Shown piece after piece: positions 61,401 to 64,000 of a stretch of 64,000 nucleotides of DNA. The DNA comes from Ignavibacteria bacterium. GTDB taxonomy: Bacteria > Bacteroidota > Ignavibacteria > Ch128b. Below the pieces are notes generated by a model. It did no database searches, was not told the origin of the DNA, and saw only the letters and a program-made list of their open reading frames with translations. Numbering within the stretch: the first letter of the stretch is position 1; each line of letters opens with the position of its first letter. The stretch is taken from positions 73,444-137,443 of the forward strand of contig VGVX01000002.1 in assembly GCA_016873845.1 (NCBI GenBank), in the 5' to 3' direction. Position numbers and translations under genes: made by a program.

Positions 61401-61899
61401 TAGGTTAAGATTGATCAAAGAATTTGCAAATCAGACTGAATACATAAATTTAAATGATGAGCTAAAATCTTTCGCAGGCGGATTTAGGAATTATGATATA
61501 TTGTCGAATACACTTGTGACTAAGTTTTCATATTTTCCTTATCGTCAAGTTGAAGTTGGATTTAAGTTTGAGATCTCCAGGGCATTCGATTATTATCCAT
61601 TTAGCGCAACTCAGTTGGACATAAATTCTCAACAGGTTAGTTTAATTTTTTTATTTTCTAATCTGAGCCGATTGAATTTCGAAATAGAAAGAAGCGAACT
61701 AATAGTTAATAACTCATCTAACCAGCTGCCATTTGAGTTAACAAAGGGAAATACAACCGGTAAAAACTTCCTTTGGAGAATCAATTTCGATTATCGTTTT
61801 TCGACGAATCTCCAATCAAATGTCAGTTACGATGGACGTACACATGGTTCAACCCATGCTATTCATTCGGCGAGAGCAGAGTTGAGGGCGTATTTTTAA
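58426..61899 (+). CDS. Large (1157 aa) secreted protein, predicted outer-membrane beta-barrel with C-terminal Phe (hypothetical)
   Basis: Signal peptide (FVHPAAEA). The beta-rich sequence ends ...RAELRAYF. There is an EF-hand-like loop DLNSNGVADEFEFE. No TonB box, IRG motif or POTRA domains were recognised. Confidence 0.55.
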   Translation: MARDYIKYLFFILFMMFVHPAAEAKSSSAFETKSDTIYFKNQKEFLIDSVFFIESIISVSLNGKSLSNKEFDFYPQTQQLKLNIQADSSVENILIVTYRILNLRKDVIHFKNILIVKKDTSVKGEIKTIETKSRPLSPSDLFGSRLQKSGTLARGFTVGSNKDLSLNSGLRLQLAGKLSDDIEIVAALTDENSPIQPEGNTQTIQELDKVFIELRHKNIQGTFGDFQIEKRIGEFGVINRKLQGLRSEFLLGGELGGSVSFASSRGKFNSQTILGLDGVQGPYRLNGINGEREIIVLAGTEKVFINGEQLARGENYDYTVDYSTGELFFTPKKIITSASRISVDFEYSDRKYERSFFGSTITSSILKGNLQIAASYFREGDDQNAPIDIILSESDKNILELSGSDRLRASKSGVKFVGYDSLGQPQGLYVEKDTVINSQSVKIYFYSPGDVQALYNVSFSFVGIGKGDYIKTGIGQFKFVGIGSGSYLPIALLPLPELSQVGNIFLSTRIFERFYTDLELSVSSKDQNRFSSIDDQNNLGKAYRFKIGFDSLGINLFNELIGSAGLSYYERFTEKTYNSINRIFEVEYNRNWNLEPSASVEDERLREISVNFNRERFLFNSSLGFLRRGNKFATDRAVMNFYLEPIEKLKANYSFTHTSTKTESLNSIWQRHFGIINYDYDGIIPEVRIEAENKNDRINNADSVSFGSFRFVDVISRLTIQKISWLSISGEYNFRNDYLPLGGKLIRESRSDIFQINIFTKQLRNLSSNLAVAFRQKKFSDEFKSKGFLDNNSLVVKYLGKASLFDRFAGLELYYETSSQRSAKLEKVFLRVSKGTGNYIYKGDLNSNGVADEFEFEPTKFDGDFILTTFPTDELFPVTDVKASSRIKFEFENLQFSGFLYDFLKPLSTETYLRVEENSRDEIAKNVYLLKLSTFRNPNTTIKGNNLIQQDIYLFQNSSEFNTLFRFLERRAFNKYNISDERRFQQEKSIRVRLRLIKEFANQTEYINLNDELKSFAGGFRNYDILSNTLVTKFSYFPYRQVEVGFKFEISRAFDYYPFSATQLDINSQQVSLIFLFSNLSRLNFEIERSELIVNNSSNQLPFELTKGNTTGKNFLWRINFDYRFSTNLQSNVSYDGRTHGSTHAIHSARAELRAYF

Positions 61900-62042
61900 T
61901 TATACAGATTTTACACTTTTTAAGGTTAGAAAATGATTTATATTTAACTCACCTCTACCCCCCTCGTAATTAGCAATGTTGTCAACTTAAGAGAGATATT
62001 TAGAGAAAGTTCGATTAAATGGCAAACTGATTTGAAAAAATT

Positions 62043-62200
62043 CACTCCGAATAAACATAATTTTTATTACCGTTTTTGTAAACGTACTCCTAGCCGAAAC
62101 AAGTACGGGCATACTCGGTCTTTCTCTGAAAAAGTGTGGGACTCGTTTGAAGTTATAACTTTGGATTTTTATTCTGTCACAATGTTGCTATCTTTAAATA
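62043..62200 (+). repeat. Copy 1 of a diverged roughly 160-nt leader element (upstream of the toxin-antitoxin pair)
   Basis: Shares with copy 2 the blocks TTTTTATTACCG, CCGAAACAAGT, TCTTTCTC, GGACTnGTTTG and ATTTT(T)AT(A)TTCT. Contains the hairpin CGTACT-N13-AGTACG. Confidence 0.55.
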
Positions 62201-62210
62201 AAATTTCGGA

Positions 62211-62462
62211 ATGAAAATGAAAAAACCACTTGTTACTTTACCGGCGCATTTTGATGGTAAATCAATAATAATTGACGCACCAGTTGAGCTACATCCACAG
62301 GACAGATTACTTGTTACTATTCTTAAATCTGAATCGGAGTCAGATGAAAGAAAAGAGTGGATTGATTCATCTTTATCTCAATTAAACATTGCATACTCTA
62401 AAGACGAACCAGAATACACTCTTACAATGGTCAAAGAACCTAATCCAGAATACAATAAATGA
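62211..62462 (+). CDS. Putative antitoxin (83 aa) of a type II toxin-antitoxin pair
   Basis: Small acidic ORF, with a 4-nt overlap to a MazF/PemK-like toxin gene. Confidence 0.5.
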   Translation: MKMKKPLVTLPAHFDGKSIIIDAPVELHPQDRLLVTILKSESESDERKEWIDSSLSQLNIAYSKDEPEYTLTMVKEPNPEYNK

Positions 62463-62803
62463 AAGAAGAAGATGTAGTTCTAGCTGCTCTTCCTCAGGCA
62501 GATGGAAAATCAAAATTAAGACCGATATTACTTCTTCGGCAGCTTCCTCAACCATACAATGATTTTCTTGTTTGTGGCATAAGTACTCAAATCCATCAAT
62601 TAATTAAGGACTTCGACGAACTTATTTTAGAAAAAGATAATGATTTTAATGATAGTGGAATAATTAAAGAATCTGTTATTCGGTTAAGCTTTCTGGCAGT
62701 TGCTCCAATCAATTTGATCGCAGGAAAGATTGGCAGAATTTATGAAACTCGTCATAAAATATTATTAAAAAGATTGAGTGATTATCTTGTTAAGGATATT
62801 TAA
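62459..62803 (+). CDS. MazF/PemK-family endoribonuclease toxin
   Basis: VVLAALPQADGKSKLRPILLL...ISTQ...IGRI pattern typical of the PemK/MazF fold. 114 aa. Confidence 0.65.
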   Translation: MKEEDVVLAALPQADGKSKLRPILLLRQLPQPYNDFLVCGISTQIHQLIKDFDELILEKDNDFNDSGIIKESVIRLSFLAVAPINLIAGKIGRIYETRHKILLKRLSDYLVKDI

Positions 62804-62867
62804 ACAAATTTTTTCTTACACAACATACTCTTACCAACAAATTCTTTTTACTATTTTTAAAAAATAT

Positions 62868-63030
62868 CATCCACATAAAAATATTTTTTATTACCGCGTG
62901 TGTTAACGAGCACATTCCCGAAACAAGTTCGTGGCAGCCCCATTCTTTCTCATAACAAATGAAGGACTTGTTGGCATTCATATCTTTACATTTTATATTC
63001 TATCAGAACATTTTATGCCAAGTTATGATT
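62868..63030 (+). repeat. Copy 2 of the diverged leader element (upstream of the NUDIX gene), followed by the palindrome TCTCTCTTTTTAAGAGAGA at 63041-63062
   Basis: About 65-70% identity to copy 1 over about 160 nt by manual alignment. The hairpin is retained with a compensatory change (ACGAGC-N15-GTTCGT). Confidence 0.55.
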
Positions 63031-63100
63031 GATAATAAATTCTCTCTCTTTTTAAGAGAGATTTAGAGAGTTCCCTAAAAATTCGCTTAATAAAAATGAT

Positions 63101-63598
63101 GTGGTACAATATAATATTATCATTATGCCAAAAATAAAATCAAACTTAGTTGAAGTTCACATTTTTCGAGTTGTGAAAAATGATATCGAATTTTTATTAT
63201 TAAAACGTGCGAAACATGATTCATACCCAAATATCTGGCAGATGGTGAGTGGTCAGATCAGAAAAGGAGAGTCTGCAGTGCAAGCGGGAATGCGTGAAGT
63301 GCTGGAAGAAACTGGTTTAATCGCTGAAAAACTTTTTGTTGTACCACTTGTAAATTCAATATTCTTACCGGAAAAGGATGAAATAATAATCGTTCCGGTT
63401 TTAAGCTGCGTGGTTTCAAAAAAATTAAAAGTAATTATTTCAGCAGAGCATAGTGAGTTCAAATGGGTCAATCTAAAGTTAGCTAAAAGAATGCTTGCTT
63501 GGCCCGGACAGAAAAAAGCCGCGAAGTTAATAGCAGATTATTGGAATAAAGAAAAGGAATCGATTAAATTTGTATCACTTGAAAATATAAAAACTTAA
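63101..63598 (+). CDS. NUDIX hydrolase
   Basis: Nudix box GQIRKGESAVQAGMREVLEETGL. Confidence 0.8.
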   Translation: MVQYNIIIMPKIKSNLVEVHIFRVVKNDIEFLLLKRAKHDSYPNIWQMVSGQIRKGESAVQAGMREVLEETGLIAEKLFVVPLVNSIFLPEKDEIIIVPVLSCVVSKKLKVIISAEHSEFKWVNLKLAKRMLAWPGQKKAAKLIADYWNKEKESIKFVSLENIKT

Positions 63599-63608
63599 GA
63601 GGTTTATT

Positions 63609-64000
63609 TTGTCTTTATTAGTTGTAGGTTCTCTCGGTCTCGATGATATCGAAACACCATTCGCAAAAGTTGAAAACGCTGTCGGTGGTTCCGCAGTTTA
63701 CATTTCACTAGCAGCAAGTTACTTCTCTCCAATAACAAATCTTGTTGGTGTCGTGGGAGAAGATTTCCCACAAGATTATCTTCAGATGATGCGAGAAAGG
63801 AATATCGATCTTGACGGACTTCAAATCATCGAGAATGGAAAGACTTTTAGATATGGCTGTAAATACTCATACGATATGAATCATCGTGATTCGCTCTTTA
63901 CCGATTTAAATGTATTCAAAGATTTCAATCCGATAATCCCGCAAAATTATCTTTCAACCAGATATGTAATGCTGGGAAATATAGATCCAGTTTTACAATT
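63609..64000 (+). CDS. PfkB-family carbohydrate/nucleoside kinase (the C-terminus runs off the window end). TTG start.
   Basis: AAGAGG RBS then TTG at 63609. LSLLVVGSLGLDDIETPFAKVENAVGGSAVYISLAASYF matches the ribokinase-like N-terminus. No stop inside the window. Confidence 0.55.
   Translation, partial: MSLLVVGSLGLDDIETPFAKVENAVGGSAVYISLAASYFSPITNLVGVVGEDFPQDYLQMMRERNIDLDGLQIIENGKTFRYGCKYSYDMNHRDSLFTDLNVFKDFNPIIPQNYLSTRYVMLGNIDPVLQ

Noticed and set aside
62032-62214. 60-aa ORF upstream of the antitoxin, and the minus-strand ORF at 62790-62981
   Set aside because: Both coincide with the two copies of the diverged leader repeat. The conservation pattern between copies is at nucleotide (structure) level, not codon level, so they are unlikely to be proteins.
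1-64000. CRISPR arrays, integrases, transposases or IS elements
   Set aside because: I found no regularly spaced short direct repeats and no ORF with recombinase or transposase motifs. The only mobile-looking unit is the integrase-less ATPase-MscS cassette beside tRNA-Leu, which is treated as a finding rather than called as a mobile element.

Overview
This 64-kb window is a low-GC chromosomal segment that is mostly conserved housekeeping genes. The Bacteroidota-type promoter motif (TAnnTTTG), frequent ATGA and 4-nt gene overlaps, weak or absent Shine-Dalgarno use, and many lipoproteins, SPOR and BNR proteins suggest an FCB-group bacterium (Bacteroidota, Ignavibacteriota or Chlorobiota-like). 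Recognisable content includes a truncated BNR/Asp-box protein, a PLP-dependent decarboxylase, tRNA-Phe, purC, pgsA-pgpA, the cinA-thpR-recA-recX cluster, tRNA-Leu and tRNA-Val, and the thrS-infC-rpmI-rplT-pheS-pheT cluster. It also holds zapA, a candidate 6S RNA, rny, coaE, a proline dehydrogenase, tsaD, mltG, NamZ (DUF1343), histidine-utilisation genes (hutI plus a split FTCD), two SPOR proteins, glgA with a DUF4270-like lipoprotein, rpiB, glyA, tatC, ispB-like, uspA, hisA and cca. A DevBCA/MacAB-like efflux locus follows: TolC, a membrane fusion protein, one ATPase and four tandem FtsX-family permeases, then an 1157-aa predicted outer-membrane protein. The window ends with a MazF-family toxin-antitoxin pair, a NUDIX hydrolase and a truncated PfkB kinase. 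The most unusual region is 10.5-14.3 kb. An SLC12-type cation-chloride cotransporter gene there is decayed by two frameshifts and two in-frame stops and has lost its C-terminal domain. It is followed by a frameshifted AAA+ ATPase (PF01637/DUF234-like) that overlaps a small MscS-like channel gene, and this pair abuts tRNA-Leu. Other items worth a second look are a roughly 160-nt diverged leader element with a covarying hairpin, duplicated upstream of the toxin-antitoxin pair and of the NUDIX gene. There is also an infC with an apparent AUA start, a Shine-Dalgarno-sequestering hairpin with a small upstream ORF ahead of the decarboxylase, and a terminator-like hairpin 12 nt before thrS.
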